A stretch of DNA of 64,000 nt from Proteromonas lacertae (Eukaryota), in NCBI GenBank assembly GCA_002245135.1, contig NGBS01000304.1, forward strand, positions 1-64,000, written 5' to 3'. Made by a program: the position numbers and the translations under genes. Shown here one piece after another: positions 40,870-55,158 of the stretch (the stretch's first letter is position 1; every line of letters starts with the position of its first letter). The notes under the pieces were generated by a model that did no database searches, was not told where the DNA came from, and saw only the letters and a list, made by a program, of their open reading frames with translations.

Positions 40870-41662
40870 CACTTCTCAATTTTCTTCTGTGACTTATGTG
40901 TATCATTTCATAATCATTGATACTATTATATAATACAAAAAACAACACATAAATTATAATTTTGTAAATTATACAAAAGAAGCTAAGTGTTAAAAATATA
41001 TTGTAATTGACTATGCTTTGAAATGAATGATATTTATAGAAGGCATTGAAATATGAAATACATTAATTTGTTGTAGCTTTGAGATTCATGTCGATTAAAG
41101 ATTGTATTTCTGTTTATATTGTAGATATTAACTTTGTAACTAAAATTATAGATTTTGATGAAAAACATGTGCATATAAAACAAGTGTTTATATCAAAACA
41201 TTGATTTTCGTACAAATAAGGGGGTAAGAAAATTCAAGTTTTTAGTTACGTTTTTTTATTTATATCAACAACAGAAGTGAGTTGTAAGATAATATTTTAT
41301 GTTATTCATGTACTTAATATGTATTAATAGATTATGTAAAAAAATTTGTTACATAGACTAATTAAGTCATATCGTGACATGTCTATCATATACAAATGTT
41401 AAAATAAAAGTAACAATTTTTCATTAAAAGAAGTGTAATTGTGTATTTAGTTTGTTTTGAAAGTGTCTGGTAGACAAACGGCCAACTCTGACAAACGGCG
41501 CACAACAGGGAATATTTTATAACACTAATATATAAATATTATTTATAAAATACAAATTCATTTAATTCCATTTGAAATAAACAATATTGTTAAATTTACG
41601 AAGTATATAGTTATACCAAAGTTATTACCTAAGTTGTTTATACAATCACAATTAAACCCACC

Positions 41663-44600
41663 TGTCGCGCGCGATAAAGAAATTTGCGCGATAAAGGATT
41701 TATAAACTTTCCTTTGAAACTAATACTATATTTATAATATATACTACGTATACTTTACATATCATATGTTATATATATGATTTATGTTAAATGAGGCGAT
41801 ATCAGACAATAGAGTAGCATATATCATATTATAACATATATCAAAACTACTTATATTAACTATGTATATTATGAAATATTATTATATAAATCAATTTTGA
41901 TGTTGAGAAAATTTAAAAAATAAGATCAAATTCCTTTATTTTTTACACCCATATTTTTGTTTAAAAATTAAAATTTCTTTTTATTAAGAAATATTTTAGT
42001 ACTTCTAAATATATGTGTAGATTAATATTGCTGTAACATACTTATTAGGTACATAAAAAAGAAGAGTAATAAATAGTTGTAAGTATCATTTTTACAATTC
42101 TGTAATAATATCATTAGAATAGTTCATTTATCAATTTTCTATTGTAATAATATCTTGTTATTCTTATTTTCCTATTCAAAGTGTTTAATCAAATAATAGA
42201 GGAAGTAAAAAGAAAATTTCAAATTTGCTATTTTCTTATTTATTAATTATTTTCTCTATTATTTATATTACAAATAAACTTTTGTTTATGATTATGAATG
42301 TTTATAAAGTCGTTAATTATTGTTAATTATTGTAATTTAATATATTAATTAGATATTATATTTTATTATTTCATTTTTAAACTGTAATAACAATATTGTA
42401 AAACAAAAGTGATTATGAATGAGGTAATTATTATATCGTTACTGAGATTTAAAAACGATGTAAGGTATTCTTTTGGTAATTCTTGTAAAACTTAGCTTTT
42501 TCTTCCACAGTCAGTTTACTCATAGCAGAGAATAAATCTTCTATAAAATAATTAATATTAAAACTCTCTATATTCTGTATTTCATCTATCCTTATGTTTT
42601 TCATTCTACATCCCAAATAAAAGAGGGTGTAATACCCACAATTTACTTTATCACGATTACTTTGTTTCACATTAGTTTCCATAATTTGGTAACTTAATTC
42701 CACGTTACTCTCAAAAAATCTGTATATTCTATAGATAATATTATCTCTTTATTTTACTTAATAAACATAACTGTTCATCACTTTTATATATATTACTTGG
42801 ATCTATTACATTATCATTACACTGATTAATGAAGTGTATATAAAACACTAGATCTTCCGATTTTAATCTCTCTTTTAATAATAGATGATTAACTATAATA
42901 TTAAATTGTCTTAAGAAACAGTTCTTTTGTTTACCTTTTAGTGATATTGTATTATAATTGTATGGATTTATAATTAATCTGACAAAATTTAATGTATTTT
43001 CTTCAGTGCGTGAATAGAATAGAGAATCATCATCATCATCATCATGTATATTGACGTAAAAACAGGACAACTTCAGTCTGTACGATTTATATTCTAATAG
43101 TTTAGAGATATATTCTCTTAGCAAATCGCTCATTAGAATAACATCTAACTCCAATACTTCAATATTGTTGTAATCAGAATTCATAATCATAAATGTCACA
43201 GTAGCAGCAATATCTGTGGCTTCTGGAAAATTGTTCCTAACATTTATTATATTTATTTCATATTTACTTAGATTTGATATATATGAGGATATATATTTAA
43301 GATCTGTATTATAGTCATATGTATTAATTGAATCATATATTTTAATCATCCCTTTATCCTTTTCTATCATAATTAAATAGCATCGATGTGATTTAATTAA
43401 TATGCTCATACTTTTATTATTATTTAATAACATATTGTTACTTAATAGATTAATGTCATTAAAATCATTTAATTGAAGTATATACCATATCTGATAGATA
43501 TTTAACTCCTTTTTTCCTATTTTATCTCTTACTTTTATCACATTTTCTAATTGTTCTTCAGTTAAAGTATCTTTACCATCATATTCAGAGGTAATTTTTC
43601 CAAATATGCTATAAACTGCATTTTTAGAAGGATGTCTAATGATTTCTGATAGAATTTTTTGGTATGTATCAGTTTTTCTTTTCTTTTTCTGAGGATTGAC
43701 CTATTTAATAAAATAATAATAATAATACTAATTGAATATCCATTTTTCTTTTAGTTTTTCTTGAAGATCAGTTGATATAGGAATGACTTCCACTGCCGAT
43801 GAATTAGTCAATCTTATTTCGTTATCTTTGTTACTATGTTAATTATTAATATACATATCTATACACTGCATATAATGAGTCATTATTTTTGTTCTTTTTG
43901 ATTATTCTGAACTCATTTTTATCTTTATGATTTTTTATTTTCTTAGTAAAAACAATTGCATTGCCATGCTGGGGGTTTGATACTTTTTCATTCAACTTTT
44001 TAATCGAATTCATTACCATCTTACTATTTTTTTTCTCTATTCTAATATTAACAGATTGTTTGATATTATCTATTACTGACTTATTCCTATTAATATCTTT
44101 GTTTATTTTTTCATCATTTATTTCTTCATTGTCAATGTTATAACCATAATCTACATTATTATTGCTTATATTGTAAAATAATTTTGGGTTTTCTTTTTGT
44201 AGTTCTTCTACATCCATAAAAAAAAGACTTCTTGGCTTGCAATGTGTTGTTGAAGAAATCGAAGTATTCATATCTTCAATTATATTTTCTATAAATTCTG
44301 TCCATTCATGACCCTCATTTTCAGATAAGTAACCATCTACTAAGCGTTCTATAACTTGATTATAACGTTCAACCTTACCATTCGTTTGAGGATGGTAAGG
44401 CGAGCTTGTTATCTTTTTGGTATGATAATCTGCCATTAATTCATTCAATATACTGTTGACAAACTCAGGTCCGTTATCAGATTGAATAATTGATGGGGCA
44501 CCGAAAATTCGTATATAACTTTTAATATTTTCTGCTGTTTCTTTGGCACTTTTTGTCTTTTGACAATAAATCATAATAAAACTACTATAATGATCAATAA

Positions 44601-45476
44601 TAGATAAAAGAAATTTTTCATTTGAATGATATTTGCTCATATTTATTAAATCAATCAGTATCCTTTCTCTTGGTGCATGAGATATGATTGGTTGCATTGG
44701 ATTACTAAGACTAATCTTCTTAATTTTGTGACAAACAGCACATGCATTTAAATAGATCCTAATCATGTCTCTTGTTATACCAAAATATTTTGCATCACAA
44801 TTTATATATTGCATCATGAAACGCTCTCTTCTATGCCCATGAGATCTATGAATATTATCCAATATATCAAAACTTTCTTCCAATTTCACTACCAACTTAT
44901 CTTCGAAGTAGAGTCTATTATTCTCGACTTTATACTTTTTAAGTTTGTAATAATTAATGTTATTCAAATATTAGTCATACTTTTTTTGATCAAATGTCCA
45001 TGTGTTTGTACCACTTAAGCATAATTTATCTATTTCTTCGTAATAGTGTTTGACATGATCAGCTCTAAGCAATGTATCAAGATCTTCATCAGATGACCTA
45101 ATTATAAATATAGAATAATAAGTAAATAAAAGATATATAGGCTAATAAAGATTAGAACAATTTTGTAGATTTCAATCACATTTTCTTGCATAACCTAAAT
45201 AATGAGTAAATTGTTATTTTACCAATAAAATTACTCAAAATGTCTGATAATATTCAATCTTCCCATGGTTTTGTTTCTGGATCTCTCATGTTCATATAAT
45301 AACATAAATCTAGGAATGATAATTGCAACTATCAGTTTGATGGATTATATGGTGTAGTTTTCTTCATTTAACGTGAATAGACTAACGCCTTAAACAGCAT
45401 AGCCCCACTAGAGTAATAACAGAATATATTTCCATATTTGATGTAAATTCCTTTCAGTTATACAAATATATCAAAT

Positions 45477-45508
<32 letters not shown>

Positions 45509-45982
45509 GACTTACATTTTATAAGATATAAATTTGAAAAGTTTGATATGTGCTTGACATCAAATTTAATATTTTTCTTTAATGCTTAATTACATAATAG
45601 ACTAAAATATATTATATCTCTATATTATAGTATATTCAATTTTTCTATATTTTTTCCCTGGTAATATACGCTCATTGCGCTTAGATTTCAAGATACTTGA
45701 TATTTACGCTTGATATAAGACCTAAACACAAAACAATCACATCTACAATTTAATAATATTCTTATATTACAATAATCTAAACATATAAGTCAATTTTACT
45801 ATTTAATAATAGTGTTTTCTTTTCATATTATGACAGTTTTTATATGTCAAAAAAAGTAGTTTATATAGCAAACTAACAATATATATACTTAAAACATAGG
45901 ACATATATTACAATTATAATGCAACTTTTTCATAAAAGTTTATAACTCCTTTATCGCGCAGATTTCTTTATCGCGCGCGACA
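41663..45982 (-). mobile_element. Ginger/TDD-type integrase DNA transposon, 5-bp TSD CCACC
   Basis: TIRs TGTCGCGCGCGATAAAGAAAT(T/C)TGCGCGATAAAGGA...; CCACC at 41658-41662 and 45983-45987; encodes a retroviral-like integrase but no RT or gag. Confidence 0.9.
42449..45100 (-). CDS. Spliced DDE integrase/transposase (H2C2 + rve) with C-terminal Ulp1-like protease-fold region; in-frame TAA near 44972
   Basis: IHRSHGH...CAVC zinc finger; ILIDL, QSDNGPEF, PQTNGKVERYN; downstream exons HRCYLIMI...IKIYDSI and KQSN...NCGYYTL; 5' end unresolved. Confidence 0.8.
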
Positions 45983-46520
45983 CCACCACCAACAGCAGTA
46001 AAAAATAAACTAAAAGAGTATATTAAAGTAAAACTACATGCAATATCAAATTATACATATTAAACCTGTCATCATCAATAGTCAAACTTTTGTCGTAGAT
46101 ATAATTACAATAATTATCTAGAAAGTATCTGCCTATACTTTATTATTTTTATTTAAAGAGCAAATTGAAAAGTGAATTGAAAGGAAGAAATTGTTAACAC
46201 TATTGACCAATGTAAACTAATCTATATAGCAATGTTCTGTTCTGGAAAATTTCTTGATAAATTAAAGGTAATTTATTATAACATACTTTCTCATCTATTT
46301 TATTAAATATTTTTAAAAACTCATTATGAATGCAATCAAAGGTTCAATCCTATCATACAAAATTTCTATGCAATTTTAATTACTATTCATAATCATTACT
46401 AATTAGTTTAAAATATTACTACTTTTTAGATTAAAATCTTCGAGATATAATCTATGAAGATATATTAATGACTGTTTTAAATAACACACAATAATAATAA
46501 TAATAAATTATTATATATTC

Positions 46521-48163
46521 TTAAACCATTTCAATCTGTATATTATCTATTAAAACAGGAAAAGACATCACTTTCTTTCCTTCAATTGAATCTCCTGATT
46601 CAATTGAAGAAGGAACTTTATGATCAGATTCAATTTCAGATTCACTACATTCTTTATATTCATCATCAAATATTGGAGATTTTCTTGGCAGAAATGAAGA
46701 ATAATGAACAGGCATTGGAGATCTATTTGAAACATTCATAAAATACTCAGAAGAGTTTCTAAAAGTAGTAGAAGAATCTGATTGAGTAGTATAATATGAT
46801 ATTTGTTCGGTAATACTATTATCTGTGAAATTATCACTGTTGATATCTACAGATATTAATCTTATTCTTTCTAATTTTACATTCTCTTCATAATCATTAT
46901 CATTATAATAAATGTTATATGTAAAATCACTATTCACTTTATTAATTATTCCATCATAATATCTGTTCTTATTGTGATAATTAACAAATACATGTTTTCC
47001 TATACTTAACTTTAAATTATTATCATTTATAATTTCGATTCTTCTCTTATTAATATCCTGTTTATATATTTCTATATCTTTAAAATAAATATCATAATTT
47101 CCATTTGATTTTATTTTGTTGATAATTCCTAGATTGTTAGGATATTCATAATATTTAACTTCATCACCAATCTTAAATATGTAATTTGAGAAATCTTTGT
47201 ATTTTCTAATAAACTCAATTTCACTATTTGTTATTAACTTACCATCTTCATTTACTATTGTGTATTTATTATTGTTGTTTTCATTATCATTGTTTATCAC
47301 TCCAACTCTCCATTTAGTATGTTTTAATCTTTTATAAATCACTTTTTCATTCTTTACAAAATCATTAGAATAATTATTCGATTTATTATTTTTATTTTGC
47401 TTAAATTTAATATCTCCAAATTCAATGTTTTCTTTATAATCTCCATCATCGAATAAAATATTAACTGTTCCATTATCATTTATTCTGTTGATTATTCCGT
47501 TATAATAATGTTCTTTTCCATATCTAGCTTTTACTTTATCTCCTACTTCATATATTGGTAAATTTAATCCTTTTTTTGAACTGTTATAATGGTAATTACA
47601 ATAAGTAATATTTGAGCTTTTAATATTCTCATATTTTTTATTATTCTCATCAAATAAATTATAATTATTGTTATTATTATAGTTTGATATTATACCAATC
47701 TTATATTTATCATTATTAACTTTAAATAATACAATATCTCCTTTATGATATTTCTGATTTGTTTTATCTTTATAAAACCTAATATATTCAGATTCACAAG
47801 TTACAATTCCATTTTCATTTTGTTTCAATAATTTTTCACCTGGTTGGATTTTATATGCGCCATTATAATAATATAATATATGACCAACATACCATTTCTT
47901 AAAGAAGTAATAAATGATCAAATCACCAGGTTTATAGAGAATAATACAATTACTATTACTCTCTAACTGATCATTTATATTATAAAAATTTGAAATAGAT
48001 AGTGAGGAGGTATTAGGATTTCCTTCTCTTCTGATTATTTTACTATAATCTTTATCATATGCATCATAACTATAATTATTATTGTCTTTTATTTTTGATT
48101 TTTCATATTGCATTGTATTATCATAAAATACAATATCTATATTCTTGTCTATTGTTTTAATTA

Positions 48164-48209
<46 letters not shown>

Positions 48210-51200
48210 TCCTAGTTCAATTGGTACGTATATAAATGAATAACTAACAGCACCAGTTTTGGAATTAATACTTCCATTTGTCAAACAAATTTTATCATTA
48301 TTAATATAATATAGATCACTTTCTTTTGTTGATTTACTACTAAGACTATTATTATTCTTTAGATGATTCATTTTTCGAATATAATTAGCTGGAACATTTT
48401 CTTCGTAGAATTTACCACTCTTTATATTATACAAATTGTTATTATAACCAACAATTATTCCATAATAAAAAATAAAACTTCCAACGAATCGATAAGCAAC
48501 TTCATCTCCAATTTCATATTTCATAAACTCTGAAGAAGTTGTCTCCAAAGAAAATAATGAAATATTCTTATAAATAATGTCATCTTTAATGCACAAATCA
48601 AATGTATTATTTTTATATATGTTTAATATTTTACAACTTATTTTCTTCATTTTATTGTTGATCAATACAAAAGAATCAACAGTATCACCGATTCTATAAC
48701 CAGTATTATTAAATAGCATTACATTCTTATCATTTATTGATTCTAATGGTTTTACATAGTCTGTTAACACATTATTCACTTTATCACCATTCTGAAAGGT
48801 AATTTGATATGTTTTACTATGTTTATAAAAATCAGTGATTATTCCTTCATATCCATTATTCTGTAGGATTACATTGTCATTTATTTTATATATTTTATCA
48901 CTATTATTCTTTATTGGAACTATTTCTTTATAAGGAATATGAGTGAGTGATGATTTTGTTTCTTCAGAAGTAATAATTTCATAGAATATATTGTTATTAC
49001 TCTCCATTTTAATCTCACTAATTCTTCCTCTTATTTTTCCTTTATTATTGTCTTTGTTATTACTATTCCATTCAACAGTTTCATTAATTTGAAATATGTA
49101 TTTTTTATTTAATCTTTTAAACAATTTCTTTATACAGAATATTAGTGGAGATTGTATGTTCTTTAGTGGAATATTTCTTTCAATACAATTTGGTGGATAA
49201 AATACATCACATGTTGAATTATTATTATTAATACCCAAAAGAATTGATTTAATCACTTTATTTTGATATTTACTTCTTATTTTTATATGATCGCCTATTC
49301 TATACTTTTTATTATTGATAAAAGTCTCAATATTTGATATTTGACTATGACCATTATTGCTATTGTCATTCAACTTTATTTCATTATAAGAAACATTAAT
49401 ATAATAACTACCATCTTCACAGGTTATATCGTATGTTCCATCTTTATTGATATGAGAAATAATACCAAATTTTGGTTGAGTATAAATTACTTTTTCACCA
49501 ATTTTAAACTTTTGAATTTTTGTGTTATAAATTTCATCAATAAATTTCTTAATTTCTTTTACTTTTTCATTGAATAATTCTATTGAATTACTATCTTTTT
49601 TATTGTTATTTACCCAAACAGTTGTCTCCATTATAAACTTGTATATTTCATCACTGTATTGAGGATGGAAGAATAAAATATCCTTCAACTCATGTCTATT
49701 AATTTATAATATATAAATAATAAAATAATTATACATTTTTACTTTTATTTCTGGTCTAATTATCTTAGTAATATAATCAATACTTAATTGTTTTAAATCT
49801 GATATTTTATTTTCCACTTCTTGGATCTTCATTTCCACTTCAGATATTTCAATACTGTTATAATTATTACTTTCAGCTTTGTATATATAATTCTGTATTT
49901 CAAATGATATGTCCAATATATTCTTTTGAAACTTACTGATTTGTATAAATATCTCATTATATTCACTAACTTTCAACTGCAATTCATTAAAATAAGTTGA
50001 AATTTGAATTTGACACTTTGGTAACAAATCATCCAATAGATTTTTACATTTTTCAATTTCTTCATTCAAATTCTCATAATATTTTGTCTCTAATTTATTC
50101 ACATTAAAATTACTCACTAACTTTTGCTTTATTTTTACTATAATATTGTCAATATTACCGACTATATTTTTATCAACTGAATCTGGTAATGTATTGGGTA
50201 ATCTCTTTCTTTGCCTCTCAATTTTCTCAAACTGTTTGATGCTGGTTTGAATGACTATAATAAGAATTTTCATTCTTTCATTTTCTTGTTCAATTTCAGC
50301 AGATTTATTCTTTAGAACAATTGCTGGTGGTTCTTCTTCTTCATTCTCATAATTATCTGAAATTGAAAAAGTATGAATTTCATTAGAATATTGTATATAT
50401 TCAATAAGATTATTAAAAGACTGTAATTCATATGTTATACTTTTCAATTCTTTAAATAAACTGTCAAAAATACATCTATATAAAAATAATATATATATGT
50501 ATATAATTAAAATATACATTTGCTTATTATAATTTTCTATCTCTTTTATTGTCTCTTCACATATAAATAACATTGATTCAATCTTATTATTAAGTTCTTG
50601 CAGTTTCAATATATCTTTCTCTGCATGAATTTGTTCTTGTATTTCATTGGTTAGAGTTTCTACTTTTTCTCTATTTTTCTCATTCAATTTACCTCTTCTT
50701 ATTAATTCCTCTGATTTTTCTTTATATTTTGTTATTTCTTCTATTATTATATCTTTATATTCTTCCTATAAAAATATAATATTAAAAAAATAACTAAATA
50801 CTTTTATTTCTTCTAATCCTTTGTTAATCAAACATTTATAACTTTCCACTTTCTTACTATCCAAATCATTACTACTTAATATCTTCTTTTCATTACAAAA
50901 TAAGTGCATAATTTTATGTTTATATTGTCTGTCATTATTATTATTATCTCTATCATTGATTCTATATACACACATAAATATATCATGATAGGTTGATATT
51001 AATTCTTTCAATTCATTCTTATATTTCTCATTCTGTTTTTTACTGTCTTTGTATTTTTCGATTAACTGTTTTATATATTGGTTATACTGATTATCATTAC
51101 TATTATTATCTTCACTCTCTGGTATTATATAATTTTCTATCTCATATTTCCATATATTATTATTGATTAATGATTTATAATAACAACCATTACATTCGTT

Positions 51201-52465
51201 TATATTGCTATTATAATCTAAAATACTATAATTTACACCTATTTCTGACAAACATGTTTGAATAATGGTTTTAAATGGTTTTAATGATAAAAATTTTCCA
51301 ACTAACACTACTTTCATTTCTTTTTCTTTCAATTCACTTTTTATTATACTATCTTTTATAATACTTGATAATCTACTTTCTATTGTATTATAAATCGATT
51401 TATTTTCATAATTGGAAGGTGAAAATGAGTATTTTAATTCTGATTTTGCAAATTCATCCAATTTATTGTTTGAAATATAAAATGTAAAATCTTTTCCATT
51501 TAAATCTTCCACAACAAAATCTATTGTCTCTTTATTGCATAATTCATATTTTAAACATCTTATCTTCTCCATTAGACTGATCTTAAATTCTTTTGTTTGA
51601 TCATTTAACTGTATTTTCTCATCTTTCATTAATTTGTCATTTATATAATCATAAATCATTTTATCTATTAATCTATCACCTAAATAACCATCATAACTAT
51701 TCGAAAGTATCTTACACTTCTCCTATTCACATAAAATTAAAATACGAAATTATACTGTATTAACCTGTATTATTGTAGAGGATGTTGAAATTGAATCTAT
51801 TTGAAGAATCATCAAGTTTTCTGTGTCTTTTATTTCTTCTCTATTACTGTATGCATATGATAAAGCAATTGCCTCATAATCTGATATCACATTTACACTT
51901 CTATAATCACATAATTCAATTACACTCTTAATCTTGTTTTTAATTACTATTGATGAATAATAATAAGAAGGGATTGAAATGATTATATCTGTTTTATTCA
52001 ATGAACATTCATACATGTTCATAAATGAAGAAACGAGGATATAGTCTACTGACTGACAGTTTCCTTTTTTACCAATTCTAAATGTATCAGTATCTTCATT
52101 ATAATTTACATCATAAGGAAAGTGAAGCTCAATTACATCTTTGGGGTTGATTTTGGTATTTTCTTTAAGAAGGAGATAATTTTCAAGATAGAAAATATCT
52201 TGAATATTATCAATATTTTTACATGTATTGAAGATGTTCTAAATATTAATAAAGTTGAACATACTTGAATTTGGTTTTCAGATGATATATGGCCCTCTAT
52301 CTCACCTTTTGATGAACTTAACCTACAATATAATCCAGATGATTTATACCTTAACTCATTATTAACTTCCTGTGATTCTGTTTCTGATATACTACTTTTG
52401 ACCTTATTTTCTTTCATCAACATATTACCACTTCCTAAGGAAACAACAACAACTGCTTCTATCAT
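46521..52465 (-). CDS. Divergent Hsp70/Hsp110-like ATPase domain fused to a coiled coil and a Tudor/SH3-like repeat array (~1900 aa)
   Basis: IIISIPSYY, ISDYEAIALSYAY, YLGDRLIDKMIYDY (Hsp70 NBD); repeats such as YEVGDKVKARYGKEHYYNGIINRINDNGTVNILFDDGDYKENI; ORFs joined by 26-35-nt introns (e.g. 52239-52264). Confidence 0.7.
48166..48208 (-). repeat. (AAT)n microsatellite encoding poly-Asn
   Basis: About 15 consecutive Asn codons inside ORF 46521-49688. Confidence 0.9.
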
Positions 52466-52609
52466 TAATTAGGTCTCTATATCATTCAATAAACCACAGT
52501 ACGTTGGTCAAAAAATTACTCGTTTCAAGTTTTTTGTTTTTGTTTTTTTACTCAAAATCCAATCACAAATTGAATAATAAAATAATTTAAACAAAACATT
52601 ATTATGCAG

Positions 52610-54771
52610 TTAAAGATCAAGATCAGTTCTCAGAGATTTGATTTTCTGTAATAAAGAGTTACACTCTTTCTTTCTCACATTTATATAACTTTCTGAGTAT
52701 TCTAGATATTCATCGATAAGATCTGGAGTTAAATCAGCTACATTTTCTTGAATATAATTTACTAATTCTTTCTCTTCGTTCAAAAGCACCATTAGTGTCT
52801 CAATACTGGTTTTATGATCATGTAGTATTGGTAATAAGAAATTGAAATTATTATTTCTATCCACAGAAGGTTGGGGAGGTGGCAAACTCGATGATCCCGA
52901 ATTAGTAGGAATCAGAGGCACAGGAGGTACACTTGCAGATAAATCTTTTTCTATCATCGTTGGTCGTAAAAATAAACCTTTTTTCTCTGGACATTGAAAA
53001 TATCTCACTCCTTGTATCTCTCCATCGTTTTTACCATCTCCATTTATTAGTTCCACTCCTATCCATATGCCACTACCAAATTGAGTCTTTCCTATAAATC
53101 GTATATAAGCACTTAATTTCCCAGTTTTTAAATTACAGATAACTCTATCACCAACATTAAATTTGTTTGAATTAAGACTACTTGAAGGAGAACTGCCTGA
53201 AAACCCATCAGTTGTTGACTGAACAGTAGATCCCGAAGGAATTGTAGTGAGTGGCTGTTGAACAGGCACAGGAGGTATATTAGGAGGAATAACAGGATTT
53301 GTCTTATTATTTGCAGTTAAATTGACGTTATTAGCTAATTCATTCACAAGTGGAGTTAGTGATTCAAATGATAGTCTATCTTGACCAATTAAATGTAATA
53401 AAATATCACGAACACTATCTCTCTTCCCAGGCTCTGCCTGCATTCTTTTAGAATGAGAGCTAAATATTGGCATTTCTGTTATTGTATCTTCATCTTCATC
53501 TATGTAACTACTATTATTTGTGGATTGAACTGGTTTTGGATTTGGAACTGAATTAGTGATATTTGTGGATGATGATGAGGAGGATGTAACAGTAGGTGGA
53601 GTTGTTCTTGACATTTTCTTGTATGGTGTATAATACTTTCTACTTGGTGATTTCTCTATTAAACATAAAGATATTTGTATATACTATCACTGTCTTGATC
53701 ACTACTATTAAATGGAGAAGAATGGTTTGAATTTCGATAATATGGACTTGATATTGTCGCTCTTTGAATTGTATCACCAGAAACACGATGCGTTGAGGAA
53801 CCACCACCACTTCCACTACCACCACTACTATTACTCACACTAGATTGAATTTCTATAATGAAATAATTCATATAACATACTCATTGCTGATTTTGGAACA
53901 ATCTTAGGTATTCCTGAGATTGAGTTCTTTCTATTACCTTCTGATACACTTCCTGCACTAGATGAATCTAAATCTTCAATGGCTCTGTCCAATAAGATTT
54001 TCTTTCTATCATCACAGGAATTATATATTTTCAATGCATTTTTTCTCCAGTTCTTTACTAATATCGCATAACAGCATCGAGCAAAATATCGAGCATCTTT
54101 ACCTGCATCATGTAAACCAGCCTATTTAAAAAATTAGAATTAATTCTTTCATATATATATACTATTACAATATCAGTTATTACATCTATTAAACTATCAA
54201 TTACACTTACATCCCAATTATTTAATATTACATATGTATATTCTAAACAACTATCTCTTACATCTTGACTCTTGTGAGTTTTGACTTGCTTCAATAGTAA
54301 GTTAACTGCCTTTGGAATACATACATTTTGTATTAGTATTTTACAGCAATGCCTCGAGTATTTAGAAATTACAACATTTCCTGAAGCTCCTTGTATTAAT
54401 ATTGGAGTAAATAATATTTCAGCACATGGTGCAAATTGATTACCTAATGTCTCTGCAAAGATTTGTATTGTTTCACAAGCACATCTGGTTATTTGTGATC
54501 TTAGATCACCAACCTACATTGATAATAGTATATCTCATACTTGTTCTTTTAATGCTGGTGTTAACGATCGGAAACATTCAGGGGTCCAAGTTTCATCTCT
54601 ATTGGCTTTAACATAGTTCTAATAAACTAGAATTTTACAATATGTACTTGGATTAGTTTAAATGTCTCTGCTCGTTTATCCCAAGGTTTTGAAGAATCAA
54701 GATTTTTCGTTAAAGCATCTAAATCTGCAGCTAATCGACTCTAATCCAAATAGATATAAACTGTATACCAT
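52610..54771 (-). CDS. CLASP-N (TOG/HEAT) + CAP-Gly microtubule-associated protein
   Basis: WDKRAETF...DLRSQITRCACETI (CLASP_N); FIGKTQFGSGIWIGVEL...GKNDGEIQGVRYFQC (CAP-Gly); first coding exon appears to be ATG alone (intron 54741-54768). Confidence 0.85.
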
Positions 54772-55158
54772 ATAAATCTATTTTATTTCAAAAATAACAA
54801 TAATCTGAGAGAAACAGTTCAATTCTAAAAAATGATGTGGCTTGTCTTTCAAATTGAAACGGATAAAATTTGAAAATTTTATAGAGGGTTGTGTAATTTT
54901 ATCTAAATAATGTTATTTGTGATTATAAAAAACAGTCATTTGTTGTATTTAGAAAAGAAAGAAAGATATTTGTTTTAAGAAGTATAATGCTTTATCAACA
55001 GATTCACCACAAAAGCAAAACAAAACAAAAATAATATGAAGACTTAATGATTCCGCCTTTTATACAGAATAATTCCACAAATTGACACAACTGCCAAAAT
55101 TGTAGCTAATAACAGAGTATTACTTCCATTATCCTACTAAATATAATATGATTATATA

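Larger units (their letters stand above)
30658..41507. mobile_element. Putative 10.85-kb non-autonomous cargo element bounded by MITE-family TIRs
   Basis: 30658-30760 and 41405-41507 are ~103-bp matching inverted repeats sharing variants (CAGAGTTGG, ACACAATTACAC) absent from MITE 1/2; flanks TTATA/GGGAA do not form a TSD. Confidence 0.6.

Noticed and set aside
43846..44967. LTR retrotransposon or Polinton interpretation of the integrase
   Set aside because: No gag, RT, RNase H, LTRs, pPolB, ATPase or capsid; the element is 4.3 kb with TIRs and a 5-bp TSD
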